Of a DNA stretch of 64,000 bases, positions 37,106 to 48,974 are shown piece after piece. The notes under the pieces were generated by a model. The model saw nothing but the letters and a program-made list of their open reading frames with translations. It was not told where the DNA came from and ran no database searches. The position numbers and the translations under genes are program-made. This DNA is from Macrostomum hystrix (Eukaryota > Animalia > Platyhelminthes): positions 7,316,001 to 7,380,000 of the forward strand of contig CATNEN010000039.1 in the NCBI GenBank assembly GCA_950097015.1, written 5' to 3'. The stretch's first letter is position 1. Every line of letters begins with the position of its first letter.

Positions 37106-40100
37106 TTATTTCGCATTCAAAGCGGTTCCGCTCGCCGCAGCTCCAATTGTTGACCCCGCCGTCGGCCTCTGCCCGGCTCCCTGCGGCTGCCCGCTCCGCC
37201 TGAGCTGCCGAGCTCTAGCCAGCTGGCTGTCAAGGTGCGCCGCCCCGATGAAGTGCCTCGCCAGGCCGAGCATCTGGCTGGCCAGCTCCGGCCTGGGAAA
37301 CGCGACCGCGTGGCAGGCGAAGCGATGACGATTGGCTACGGACACGGGCTGGTCTGTTGAAGGCCTTGCTGGTCTGGAACAAACCCGGTAAAAGGACTAC
37401 GAGTATTTGTCAAATTGATCAAGTCAAGTCAAGTCAACGCTAAATTTGTGCAGAAAAATCTGATGATTTGCTGTCGCAGAAGTGTATTTTTTGACAAAAA
37501 ACCTGCCTCCCAAACTTTTTCTAAGGAACGTTGATTCCTGTTATTCTACTCCTGTGGGGTTATGTTCAATAAACTGCTTTTTTATTGCTTCTCTCACACC
37601 GTGGCGGGTTGATTCAGCCAGCTTCTAAGTTAGCGTTTAATAGCGTTTCTCCTTGCTAAGTCCCTGATTCTCACTCAGCTCGAGCGGAATACTAGGCACT
37701 GACTCCTGTTTTAAACTCGTCTTGCTGGGCTTCCAATGACTCAGACGGTCACGGCTAAATAACTAACTCTTGAACTAACTATCTGTATACAATTCAACTT
37801 GTCAGCTTTCACGTATTACTTTATTGCGAGTATTTTGTAAACAAAATGTCTAGTAGAGGTGCTATACACAATTCTTCTTTTCGATAACCGTTTTCGCTAA
37901 AGTCGGGTCCATGAGACTTGCCCGCAGGCGAACTGCCCGCCGAGATTTGCCCGCAGGAGATTTGCCCGTCGAGATTTGCCCGCCGAGGTTTGCCCGCAGA
38001 GATTTGCCCGAAGTGCATTCTGCCCGCAGGAGATTTGCCCGTCGAGATTTGCCCGTCGAGATTTGCCCGTCGAGATTTGCCCGTCGAGATTTGCCCGTCG
38101 AGATTTGCCTGTCGAGATTTTCCCGCAGAGATTTTCCCGTCGAGATTTTCCCGTCGAGATTTGCCCGCAGAGATTTGCCCGCAGAGATTTGCCCGCAGAG
38201 ATTTTCCCGCAATGCAGTTTTAATCTTGCAAAAATCGACTTATACTTATCGAAATTATTTACCTGCCAGATTTCAACCGTGTGAATCTGAAACTCTTACT
38301 GCCGCAAATGCATAAGATATTTCTTTGGCATTTCGCAGACACCTCAAATTTCCTCTGCTAAATTACTGTAGCCTGTTCTATAATCTTTTGTAGCAGCAAT
38401 TTTTTGCTGGTGCCTGGTGGTAGGGATGGTAAAATCCCGGCTAGTTTCCAATCCCAGGATTGTCGGGTTCGGGATATTCCTGTCCAACTCCCATAAAATC
38501 CCCAGCATTTTCAGTCCCAGCAAATCCCGAAAAATTGAAATCCCGCTGAATGGTGGGCAATTTTAAGTCCTGAGATTGGAATTCCAGGTGTTTGCTCTCA
38601 AATCCCGGTCCCGGTATTGGAATCTCTAGCTGGTGGAGCGCTGTCTGTTTTAAATTCACATGTCAGCCGCCTGGATTTTATCACCTCGATCTGCTCAACC
38701 ACCGAACGACAAATCCAGTAAATAAGCCATGGAGTCCTATATGGTGCATGTCGGGGACCCCACGACATTTTATAATCTGGCCCTTACATAGAGTATGAGT
38801 ATGCAGAGCATTTTCTAAAAACATCGCCTTGTGCATGTGGCGACGGGCAGCTGGCTTATCTATATAACAAATTTAATGAAATTTAAAGACCTGCTTATTA
38901 ACTCCTCGCTAAAGATCCAGAAAGCAGTGTAAACAAAGTCTGATGTGATTCTTTCTCGCTAATTCTATCCTGGACCCCTATATCTCAATTCCCAGTCTTC
39001 GATAAAATGTCCATAAAATCTGTCTGGATTTCATTCTCTCTGGGTCTGGGTCTGGGTCTGGGTCTCTCATTCTCTCTTCTCTTTCTGATTGGCTGCAGGC
39101 ACCCCACCCCTTTAGCCTCCTTCTTGTCTTGCGTGCCCCTCATTCCTTTGATCGCGCCTCCTAACCCAACCCCTCTCTTTGCCCACCCCTCCTTTCTCTC
39201 AACCCCCTGTTATCTCCTATAATATATAAATACACTGCCCTTCCTTACTGCTTAGTGTATTCAACTTTAGTCTGGTCAAGTTAGACTGCGACAACTCTAC
39301 ATATATAAAGTGAATTTCAAGACAACGTTAATAACAAGCAGACCACATGGAAGCAGCTCCTCCCATCGCTGTGCGCTTTAGTGCAACAATTCGTGGGAAG
39401 CGCAAAGCAGCCTGCGAAGGCTACTACTTTACACTTGAAAGAACCAGGGACTTCTATATATAGCAATCTGGACTGGCGACGAAAATAAAACGCTGCCCCG
39501 GTTATACGCTAGTGTGGCAAGGCATTTGGGTCTAGCTAAAAAATCTATGTTATCTGTTTTCGAGTTGAAGGGGGAAACAGGAGGGTTGGGAAGAGGCGGG
39601 GGTAGGAGAGTGGGGTCAGGGGGACTGTACATTCCAGGAAATGTACAGGCTTGGATGTTCAAGCATTGCGGAAGAATATATAATGTCTTGCACAGGGCTG
39701 ACTGCCTCCTGGAATCTCAAACCTACACACTCACACTGCTATCAACTTTCTGTTGCAACTTTACAAGTGCCTGTTTCAGTGAAGCTTTCAATGGTGCATG
39801 CTTGCTCAGCTTTCGGATGCTCTACTCGAGCAACCGCCGAATCTGGAGTGACCTTCCACAGCTACCCTCTCAAGGACACTGCTCTTCTTGGGAAATGGAA
39901 ACGAGCGAATCCAAGAAAGAATTTCGAGCCCACGAAGCATTCAAAGATCTGCTCGCTTCATTTTCAAGCCCATGACTTTATCGAAACATCGATGGACACC
40001 AATGCCGCACGCAAGAAGAAGAAAAGCGAGTCGCTATCGCGGAAGCGTCTGAAGCCCGGAGCTGTTCCATCCGTCTTTCAAAACGCTCCCATCTACTTGT

Positions 40101-43100
40101 CAACCGACAAGAAAGCGCCACGAGCGACAGCTGCAACGTCGTCTTATCGCATGGAGAGAGAACAGAGGGACCTGGACGAAAAGATTGGAGCCTTCCAGCA
40201 AGACGACTCCATTGCTGCAACTGATCTTTGGGAGATTCAGCGCCGGCTGGAGCAGGAGGTGACCAAGCCAGCTGGATTTCAGACGGCTGTCCAAGATAAA
40301 AAGCTTTGCATCTATATGCTGGAAACTCAGCCAATGTGCCACGTTTCTTGTTACATCTGCCTGGAAGAATATTTTACCGTCACCCATGGAGCCAACGGAC
40401 TACCACTGAAATCAAGCTTGTTTAGCGACCTACTGTCTGAAGGCAAGGCTTCGACTCTCAGTCAGCTGTTGAATCTCATGTCGAGAATCAAGAACTGGGC
40501 TGAGGATTTCAGCAAGACCGAGTCGGCGCCTGAAGCCAAGGCTTCCAGTCTGTTGGATGCGGTGGATCTTTTGGAGGAGGCAAAAGGGCTAACAGAAAAT
40601 CGTACCGTAGGTTTTGCCTTGGAGCAGCTGAAGCTAAGCAGGAAGCCTTTGCGTTCCAGGAGGTTCTCCGAGGATCTCCTTGTGTTCTCCTACCTGATCT
40701 ACTCCACCAGTGCTTCAGCATACAAGACCATGCTTGATCAAGATGCCATCTGCCTTCCATCTGATCGCACGCTGAGGTCCATCACTGCTCGAGTTGGATC
40801 TTCAAGCGGCCTGGATATCGAGGGCTACCTTGCTCTGAGAGCTTCTAAGCTGTCTCAGCCGGAGAAGCTGGTGACCTTGGTCATCGATGAGATCTACGTC
40901 GCGAGAAGGGTTGAGTACAGCAACCGCCAGCTCAGCGGCATTGACGAGGATGGTGCACGGGCTTCAACGATCTGCTGCTTTATGATCAGCTCCATCGCAG
41001 GGAAGTTCAAGGACATGGTGGCGATGCACCCGGTGTCGGTACTGATGGCAAATAAGCTGTCCGAGTGGTTTCAGCAGGCCGTGGAGATCCTGAGAAAGCT
41101 ATCATTCACCGTCGTTGCAGTCTGCATGGACAATGCAGCGGTCAACAGGAAATTTGCCAAAGGCCTGTGTGGCAGCTCCGGGCGAGACATCAATCCATTC
41201 TACGAGTATATTGACTCGACTTCGGGGACTGAATCGGCCTCGACGACCCGCCAGCGTGTATTCGTGCTGTTTGATCCGGTGCACAACCTGAAGAATATCT
41301 ACAACAATTTCCAGAGTCGGGGTGTCTTCCAACTGCCTCCTTCGAATATTCTGCCGAAAATCTTCGAGGAGATCCGGCGGAAGGAATCCGTTCGCAGGGT
41401 TTTCCTGACAGTGCAGCAGCAGCAGCAGGTCTTCTGTGGGCTCGTGGATGAGATGGCCGACGAAGATATCTTTCTGGAGTCCTTCATGCAACTGGTGACT
41501 TGCACACATGGCCACGATGTGAAGGCAGGCCTGGCCAAGGCTTTTTGCAACTGCATGATGAAGAATCTGGCCAAGGAGCTCTCCAGCCGCGAAGGCGGAA
41601 AGAAGAGAAAGATCGCCAAGCTGTCCGGCCTCTCTGCCATGAATTGACATTATTTTTTATTTGCTATTTCCATTTAAAGTATTTTATATATTATTTTCTA
41701 CATCGATTTAGCATTTTATAAAAGCATGTGTGCATTGCTCAGACCTAAATGCTCAAGCGCAAAATCTTATTGTCTAATATATGAGGCCTAGGCCTATGTT
41801 ATCTAATAATGAGGCTGAGATTACTTTATTAATTGCAGTAACATCTCAATTCGAATCGTTTTGGCCACCGATGTGATTTAAGTCAGTCACTAGACCCCCC
41901 AAAAAGATAGATTTCCCACTGGTTTCTCATACATTAGTTGGCAATGGTTGCCACACTAAGGTAGATGCGGGCTGGGCGTTTCCAGTCCAGATTGCTATAT
42001 ATAGAAGTCCCTGGAAAGAACTAGCCTGGTCGACGAAGAGGTGTCATTTTGGCAGTGTGAAGAACGGCGCTTGGGATCATGTCCTGCTCGAATCCACATC
42101 CGGAATGGCTTTAAAGTGCAACAGCTGAATGACCACAATCACGGACCTGACGGCTCTCGATTCCAAGTTCTTGAGGCTCTTCGGGAGATTAAATCGGATG
42201 CCAGGAACACCGTGAATTCGACGGCAAATATCGTCATGGAACACACAAATGGGCTGTCTGAGTGTGCAGGCATAGCCCTTCCATCTCAAAGCGCATTAAA
42301 GCGGCAAGTTCAAGATGTTCGTCAAACGCACCAAGGTCTTCCAGTACAGCCGCTCAACCGAGCCGAGCTCATTATACCTGAAGAATTTCAATTCAACAAC
42401 GGAGCACTGTTTCTGCTGCATGACTCCGGACAGGACAACAATCGAATTTTAATCTTCGGTAGCGAGGATAAGATTCAAGCCCTGCAATTGGCGACAGATT
42501 TCTTCTCGGACGGCACATTCGATGCCTCGCCGCCACTGTTCGCTCAACTGGTGACAGTGCATGCCGAACTTCAAGGCTTCATAAGACCACTCATCTACGC
42601 ATTGCTACCCAACAAGACCGAAGCAACGTACTGTCGATTTTACGAGGCTCTGCATCAATTGGCGCCGAACATGAGGCCACTTCGCTGGATGTCAGATTTT
42701 GAGCGAGCTAACATGAATGCTGTTCAGCATGTCTTTGGCATCGAGTCAACAGGCTGTCTATTTCACCTCGTTCAGTGCGTGTACAGAAGAGCAGTTGCTG
42801 AGGGATTAAAGCGTCAGATTGAAGAAGAAGATGGCGAGATGTCCGTCTGGCTGCGTTGCCTTTCTGCTTTGGCCTTTGTGCCTATTAATAGTGTTCCAGC
42901 AGCATTTGATGAGTTAATAATGCTGCCTGACTTTCCTGCGGAGATGGCTTCAACAGCAGACTATTTTGAAGCCCAGTGGGTCGGCCATCGACTTCCTGGC
43001 GGAGGAAGACGGCAGCCTCGATTCTCACCTTCAATTTGGAATGTTCGTGAGCGAACTTTGAATGGACTTCATCGCACGAACAACGCAGTTGAAGCCTGGC

Positions 43101-45415
43101 ATAGGAGGTTCCAGTCAATTCTGGGTTGCAGCAATCCGAATGTTTTTCGGCTCATGAAGGACCTCAAAAAGGAAGTCGAACACCAGGCACTGCTGATGCA
43201 GCGAGCCAACGCTGGTGAAGCACCGAAGGAGCGGAAGAGATACGTGCAGAGCAACGCGATGCTTCTTCGCGTCACGCAGCGTTGGAACGTCGAAGGTGGC
43301 GGTCTGCCTGCTGACTTTCCTTTGCGTTCCTACCTGAGGGGCATCGCTCACCATTTGAAGAAGTGATCTGATTGACAACGGTAGCTATCCTTACAATTTT
43401 GGTTTCTTGCTGCACTACACTAAGAAGCAATAAATTTAATATTCTGTGCTCTAGTTTCATTGTGGCCTATATAATAATAGTTCCCGCTTCCATGGGATTC
43501 GCAAAGGCATTCACTTTGTGCACTTTAAACCCTCGTATTTAGCACTGCGGTTGCTTCTAGTTTCTGAAATTTGGTTAGGTCAGAGAAGTTCAGTGAACCC
43601 ACAGTCTTCTGCCTACATAACAACTCACCCCTCCTCCCCATTCCCTTCCCTTCCTCTTGTAGGTTGCCATTGTAACTGTATCACTGAATGCTTTTGTTGC
43701 CATGTACTCCGTCATCCACCTGTTCCTGTCTTGCGATGCACAGTAAATGTTAACAATTGGTCAATCATTTTCATATTGTTTTCATTATTGCTCAATCAAA
43801 AGTTATCGTTAAGCGAATGCAAAGTGAAAAATGCAGTAGAGTACAAAGTTGTTTTAAGTAATTGAACCCAAGGACTTGATTGAAAGGGAATGAATAGGGA
43901 AGGATCAAATGGATGTGCTGGCGCTGCACATCGGAAGATTTGCTCCTTTGGGGTGCTAAATTCCGTTAATGTGTGAGCTAAGTAGAGTGAAAATTGCTAA
44001 TTTACCTACTGCAATTCATTTTCGCTTGTATTATGCATGCATAGTGATTGTACAATCGCTGTTGAACCTGTTAATTCGCAATTAATGCCAATGATACCTA
44101 CAGCCTCACCATCTTTTGACTTGCGACGCTTAAATACCTTGTTCTACTTTTTGCCAAGTGAATGTACAAAAATAGCTATTGTATTGTGCGGTTCTGTCAA
44201 GGGAAAAATAAAGTCATTACCTTATTAAAATATGCGACAAGCTATGTGAGCTGCTCCACCAGCAAAAAATTGCTGCTACAAAAGATTATAGAACAGGCTA
44301 CAGTAATTTAGCAGAAAGGAAATTTGAGGTGTCTGCGAAATGCCAAAGAAATATCTTATGCATTTGCGGCAGTAAGAGTTTCAGATTCACACGGTTGAAA
44401 TCTGGCAGGTAAATAATTTCGATAAGTATAAGTCGATTTTTGCAAGATTAAAACTGCATTGCGGGAAAATCTCTGCGGGCAAATCTCTGCGGGAAAATCT
44501 CTGCGGGCAAATCTCGACGGGCAAATCTCGACGGGAAAATCTCTGCGGGCAAATCTCGACGGGCAAATCTCGACGGGAAAATCTCTGCGGGCAAATCTCG
44601 ACGGGCAAATCTCGACGGGCAAATCTCCTGCGGGCAGAATGCACTGCGGGCACATCTCTGCGGGCAAACCTCGGCGGGCAAATCTCGACGGGCAAATCTC
44701 CTGCGGGCAGAATGCACTGCGGGCACATCTCTGCGGGCAAACCTCGGCGGGCAAATCTCGACGGGCAAATCTCCTGCGGGCAGAATGCACTGCGGGCACA
44801 TCTCTGCGGGCAAACCTCGGCGGGCAAATCTCGACGGGCAAATCTCCTGCGGGCAAATCTCGGCGGGCAGTTCGCCTGCGGGCAAGTCTCGTGCTCCCCT
44901 AAAAGTCCTGATGAATTCGAGAACATAATGAAACAAAAATAGGCCTACTTGATTGCTTGTTCCTGCTGCCCTGCGGGCTTCTGCGGCTTGTCTAGTACGG
45001 CTGAATCGACTGAATACGCCTCCGCTGAAGACGCCCCAGTAGCCATGGCGACCTCCTCTTCCAGATGCTCCACCCAGACGAACAGCCGGCGATCGACGCC
45101 GTCAGCGATGCAGCAGCAGGGCATCCGGTGTAGCGGGGTGACATGATTTTGCTGAATTTCAGCGCTATCGCCCTTCCGCCGGCGCAGGTGCATCTTGATG
45201 CCCTCGGTGGTCACCACAATGTACGCCTTGCGAAGCCGGCCACGAGTCTCATTGCTGGCTTGCCAGAGGTTGCGCACGGTCGAGTCAACTGGGAAGACGG
45301 CGACACCTGCAGTTTGGGATGAGGCCTGGCTGATGCCGCAGCTGCCCAGGTATTGCACGGTGAAGACACTCGCGGAGCCGCTAAGCTCAGCTTTGCCAGT
45401 TTTGCCCGAAAGCAT
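37106..45415 (-). CDS. FAM43-like PTB/PID-domain protein; exons 45415-44949 and 37373-37106, with the intron containing the nested transposon
   Basis: FTVQYLG...VDSTVRNLW...KAYIVVTTEGIK...HRMPCCCIAD..DRRLFVWV in exon 1 and FACHAVAF...ASQM in exon 2. The phase-2 GT-AG junction AA|A joins them in frame. Confidence 0.75.
38421..38628. mobile_element. hAT-type MITE inserted at the inner edge of the MULE left TIR
   Basis: Ends TAGGGATGGTAAAATCCCGG / CCGGTATTGGAATCTCTA; 8-bp TSD CCTGGTGG / GCTGGTGG. Absent from the right TIR, which reads GCTGGTGGAGC uninterrupted. Confidence 0.75.
39445..42013 (+). mobile_element. P-superfamily (THAP) DNA transposon, 2569 bp
   Basis: Perfect 32-bp TIRs CAGGGACTTCTATATATAGCAATCTGGACTGG (39445-39476, 41982-42013); perfect 8-bp TSD GAAAGAAC (39437-39444, 42014-42021). 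Confidence 0.96.
39791..41647 (+). CDS. THAP-domain P-element transposase, apparently internally deleted (ORF open from 39641)
   Basis: THAP C2CH domain: CSAFGC...FHSYP...W...ICSLHF...LKPGAVPSVF. Catalytic-domain motifs LPSDRTL, LVIDEIYV, VCMDNAAVN, FDPVHNLKNIYNNF. Confidence 0.88.
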   Translation: MVHACSAFGCSTRATAESGVTFHSYPLKDTALLGKWKRANPRKNFEPTKHSKICSLHFQAHDFIETSMDTNAARKKKKSESLSRKRLKPGAVPSVFQNAPIYLSTDKKAPRATAATSSYRMEREQRDLDEKIGAFQQDDSIAATDLWEIQRRLEQEVTKPAGFQTAVQDKKLCIYMLETQPMCHVSCYICLEEYFTVTHGANGLPLKSSLFSDLLSEGKASTLSQLLNLMSRIKNWAEDFSKTESAPEAKASSLLDAVDLLEEAKGLTENRTVGFALEQLKLSRKPLRSRRFSEDLLVFSYLIYSTSASAYKTMLDQDAICLPSDRTLRSITARVGSSSGLDIEGYLALRASKLSQPEKLVTLVIDEIYVARRVEYSNRQLSGIDEDGARASTICCFMISSIAGKFKDMVAMHPVSVLMANKLSEWFQQAVEILRKLSFTVVAVCMDNAAVNRKFAKGLCGSSGRDINPFYEYIDSTSGTESASTTRQRVFVLFDPVHNLKNIYNNFQSRGVFQLPPSNILPKIFEEIRRKESVRRVFLTVQQQQQVFCGLVDEMADEDIFLESFMQLVTCTHGHDVKAGLAKAFCNCMMKNLAKELSSREGGKKRKIAKLSGLSAMN

Positions 45416-46119
45416 TTTTAGGCGTTCACTGCTTGAGCAAAAGAAACTTTATAAGAAGCCGTTAGCAACTGTAGCGCATATTGTGCGGGAATTTATAAAT
45501 ACTAGAGCAGGTCCTGCCTGGTCCCATGCTGCCCATTTGCAACCTTCCCTGCAGTACAATATGCAAGCAGAACTCTACTATCCGCTTCACTGGCGAGAGG
45601 TTTTCGGTCGAGTGATTCTTTACTGACGCATGTGTGCATTTTAAGACATTGTGTTACGATCTATAACTTGAACAAACTGCCTGGGTTGGATTGTGAGCAT
45701 AAATGTACATGCACTTGTTGTTTGCTGGCTTTAGACTGCTTAATTAAAAATGAATCCCTAAATTTTATGCTCTTATGCTCTGAGTGCAGGAACGGGTAGA
45801 GAGCGAGCGGCTATTCCTTCGCTCATATTATATACTCGTACATTTAGTAGTAACTAGCTATTTCGCCCCCTTCCGGGATAACATTCGAACCTTATTGCCG
45901 AGCGATTGAAAGGCCGCAGCTCTGACGGGATGTAGCCACATCCCACAGTCGGGCCAATGTGCATATACCTGACATCAATGTGATGGATCTACAGGCTATA
46001 TAGAAAAGGACTTTCGCAGCAGAGTTTATTGAATAACCGGACGAAGAACATTGACTTCCCCGATGCCAGATACGGTAGACTATACAAAGCTGGACAATGC
46101 GGGTTAGAGAGCTGTGAGA

Positions 46120-46330
46120 ACAGTTAAATGAGATCAATTGCTCAATTCTTGAGAACAGTTTGTTTGGATGTGCTCAGTTGCTAAAAACAGTTTAATGGGA
46201 TGAGCTCAATCGTTGTTGACAACTGCAGTTTGATGGGATGTGCTCAACTGTTGAGAACAGTTTGATGGGATGTGCTTAACTGTTGAGCACAGTTTGACTG
46301 GATATGATTACCTGTTAAGTTTGTTCTCAA
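46120..46330. repeat. ~32-bp degenerate minisatellite (GAGAACAGTTTGATGGGATGTGCTCAACTGTT)
   Basis: ~6 copies. Confidence 0.75.
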
Positions 46331-46603
46331 GCGCACTGCTCCTTTAGTCACTCCTTGTCAAGTAGTGCAGAGCTGGACTAATTTGTCAGACTCTAACAGG
46401 CATGTAAAAGTCAGTAAGGAGCTAATACTTGTGTGCGCTCGAATTGGGAGTCGAAACATGTAACACATAGGTTCACATGGTATATTAACATTCGCTTGTA
46501 TAATCCCATTCAATTTATTAAATACAACCGACAGCAAAGAAACAATTGTAAAATGTGCGACCCTCTACACCGAAGTCACTGCTTCATCTGCGCTCACAGA
46601 CAC

Positions 46604-48196
46604 TCAGTCCACATTGAGTACCACCAGTTGTCTGTTGCCTCCGTCAGCCACCACCAGCTTCTCGCGCTGACCTTCCGTCACCACCACCAGACCAAGTGGG
46701 CAACAGAGTTTGCCGTCACCGCTGCCGCTCTTTCCTGGCACCCCCAGAGTCCACAGTAGCGACCCGCCATCTGCAGCCACCGCACGCACTGACTGACCAC
46801 CACATTCACTCACGAACAGGCGGCCTCTCAGGTCAACGGCCACACCCTGTGGCCCAGCAAACTTTTTGAGGCCGCAACGCTGAGACGGGTAGGAGGCGAC
46901 CACCTGCTGGGTGTCAATGCGCACTCTGTGCACCTGATTGTGCTTCCTGTCTGTCACCAGAATGCAGTTGTCGTGAATCGCCATGTTTCCTAGTTCAGCA
47001 TTATGTGGCTCAGACAGCGTGATGACCGTCTCCATCTCGCCAGTCGCTTTGCTGAATGCAACAATATTGTTGCCACCAGACACGAACACGGAAGCTGCGT
47101 TGCCGCCGATTCCCCTGACAAAGCGTTCGAGTTGTGATTCCATTCGACGCACCTTCCGACCGCTCAGGTCAGTCACTGTCACTGCGTCATCTTGAGCAAT
47201 GTACAGAAGCTGACGGTCGCAGTAAAGGCCCCAGATGTCCTTCTTCCAGTCGATGTCGCAGTGGCATCGCAGCTTCTTTGAGCCGTCCACAGACAGCACC
47301 TGAAGGTGATCCTTGCTATCAAATGATGCGAAGATGCAGGGCTGAGGCAGAGCATTACCGTCGTCACTGGCTGACTCGGCAGCCACCACACGGCCTGAGC
47401 GGTCACCAGCGAATCCTTTGGTGTCACTGCACACTGTTAGCCACCTAGCTCGGCCATCCAGCTTCACTTCGTGACTGAAGACGATGGGATCGAACAATCT
47501 CTGTCTTAAATGCTTCACTGCATCGTCGATCTCTTCGGGCGTCGCGCTCACCTCAGCGTCTTTCCAGCCGACGGTCGTGTTCACTCGAGCCAACGCTCTG
47601 CCGAACTGCTCTGTCAACTGGGCCAGGCGATCCAGCTGCTGCTCCGCTCCCAAGCTCTCCTCCATCGACTTCTGCAGCCGATCAAAGTCCGTCTTCAGGT
47701 CCTCAAGCGACAACTCCATGGACATCGTCAGCTCGACAAGCTTCGACATGTCGCCTGCAGCATCCGCCATCTCCGACTCCTGCGTGTAGCTTCTCACATC
47801 GTCTATGTCCCGCTGCCACACCCGCGCTGTCTCAATCCGAGCTCTCATCAAGCCTGTGAGGAGAGCCTCACACGAATCCAGGTCCCTACGCATTGCTTCA
47901 AACTTCTGCTCCGTCCGTCGCAGCTGCTCCTCCATCTTGCGAATCCAATCTCCGACACCACCTGCTGCACTGCATCCTGCAACTTTCGCTTGTGAGTAGG
48001 CCCAAAGCTTCTCATCAACCTGCTCCTTGAGCTCGAGGGCATGTGCCACATCAACATTCAGGTGTTCCGAGCACAGGTAGCGCTCGGCGAACGGACCCCG
48101 GCCGACTGCAGCCTTTTCGCAGACGACACAGTTTGGGATGGCTTCAGGAGGTCCTTGATCGGAGCTCACGCTGTCGCTGGAGTATTCACGCTGCAT
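46604..48196 (-). CDS. B-box-like zinc finger / coiled-coil / NHL-repeat beta-propeller protein (RING-less TRIM-NHL-like); single coding exon
   Basis: CVVC...YLCSEH, a long heptad region, then NHL repeats (ILVTDRKHNQVHRV, FAGPQGVAVDLRGRLFVSE, GSGDGKLCCPLGLVV..LVVADGGNRQLVVL). Confidence 0.82.
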   Translation of the reverse strand: MQREYSSDSVSSDQGPPEAIPNCVVCEKAAVGRGPFAERYLCSEHLNVDVAHALELKEQVDEKLWAYSQAKVAGCSAAGGVGDWIRKMEEQLRRTEQKFEAMRRDLDSCEALLTGLMRARIETARVWQRDIDDVRSYTQESEMADAAGDMSKLVELTMSMELSLEDLKTDFDRLQKSMEESLGAEQQLDRLAQLTEQFGRALARVNTTVGWKDAEVSATPEEIDDAVKHLRQRLFDPIVFSHEVKLDGRARWLTVCSDTKGFAGDRSGRVVAAESASDDGNALPQPCIFASFDSKDHLQVLSVDGSKKLRCHCDIDWKKDIWGLYCDRQLLYIAQDDAVTVTDLSGRKVRRMESQLERFVRGIGGNAASVFVSGGNNIVAFSKATGEMETVITLSEPHNAELGNMAIHDNCILVTDRKHNQVHRVRIDTQQVVASYPSQRCGLKKFAGPQGVAVDLRGRLFVSECGGQSVRAVAADGGSLLWTLGVPGKSGSGDGKLCCPLGLVVVTEGQREKLVVADGGNRQLVVLNVD

Positions 48197-48974
48197 TTTC
48201 AGATACTGGCTCTGAAAATAGAGTCGGAAAGAGGCCGTGTGAGTTGAAAAATGCTGCTGGAATTTATAAGAACGGCAATATCGTCACTGTGTCAAATGTT
48301 CAAATTCATTCGAGTATGCTACCTCTGCAGAAAGCTGTGAAGTTGCAGAGCTGCTGTAAGCAGGCGAAGCAGAGGCTCGAGTGAGAATGTCAATCAGAAC
48401 GCAGTTGGAAGCTGTGCTTTAGAAATGACTCTCATGTCAGCCCCTGTGTGACAGTTAAACTCTCCTCCGTCGCCATGGCAGATAGTGAGAAACCCAAGTT
48501 TGCTAGTTGATATTCATGAAGAACAGAATAAAATCCTCGAGCTTCTCTGCTCTGCGCCAGCACAGTGTTTTGGTAAGAACCTGCGGGGGTGAAACCAGTT
48601 TCGGTTATTCGCAGTCGCAGTGCCATTTCAAATCAAGGACCAACTGAAGTATAACAGGACGTAAACACAAAGATCGTGTAAATTTTTGAATGCCACTTTC
48701 CCGGAAAAAATGCATTGCGGAGATATGAGAAAGTCATGTTTTCAGCACATAATCAACTATTGCTTTTGATCTGGAGCAAGTACAAATCCGATTATCTTAG
48801 TACAGCATGCACAATATTAATCTCCATTGTTTTTTACATAGCTTTGTTTATAAAAGTAGCATTCTCATATATATATTGGTCAAATGAAAATGAACAACTC
48901 ACAACTGTCATAAGTTTCGTTGGCATAACTTCAGTTTTGTTCCTTCTCAGGAATTATATTCTCAGAAATTAGGA

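Larger units (their letters stand above)
39347..43366 (+). pseudogene. FLYWCH + MULE transposase interrupted by the P element (pieces 39347-39444 and 42022-43366)
   Basis: Removing 39445-42021 gives in-frame MEAAPP...EGYYFTLERTSLVDEEVSFWQCEERRLGSCPARIH...DHNH (FLYWCH), then FSDGTF, WMSDFERA, GCLFHLVQ, RTNNAVEAWH (DDE). TATA at 39302, AATAAA at ~43428. Confidence 0.92.
37905..44898 (+). mobile_element. Mutator-like (MULE) element with long modular foldback-type TIRs
   Basis: TIRs 37905-~38412 and ~44255-44898, built from ~14-bp GAGATTTGCCCG(TC/CA) modules plus ~200 bp of near-identical unique sequence. GGG..CCC ends. TSD CTAAAGTC (37897-37904) / CTAAAAGTC (44899-44907). Confidence 0.92.

Noticed and set aside
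37821-38315. ORFs in the MULE TIRs (also 44356-44942)
   Set aside because: Translations of GC-rich ~14-bp TIR modules.
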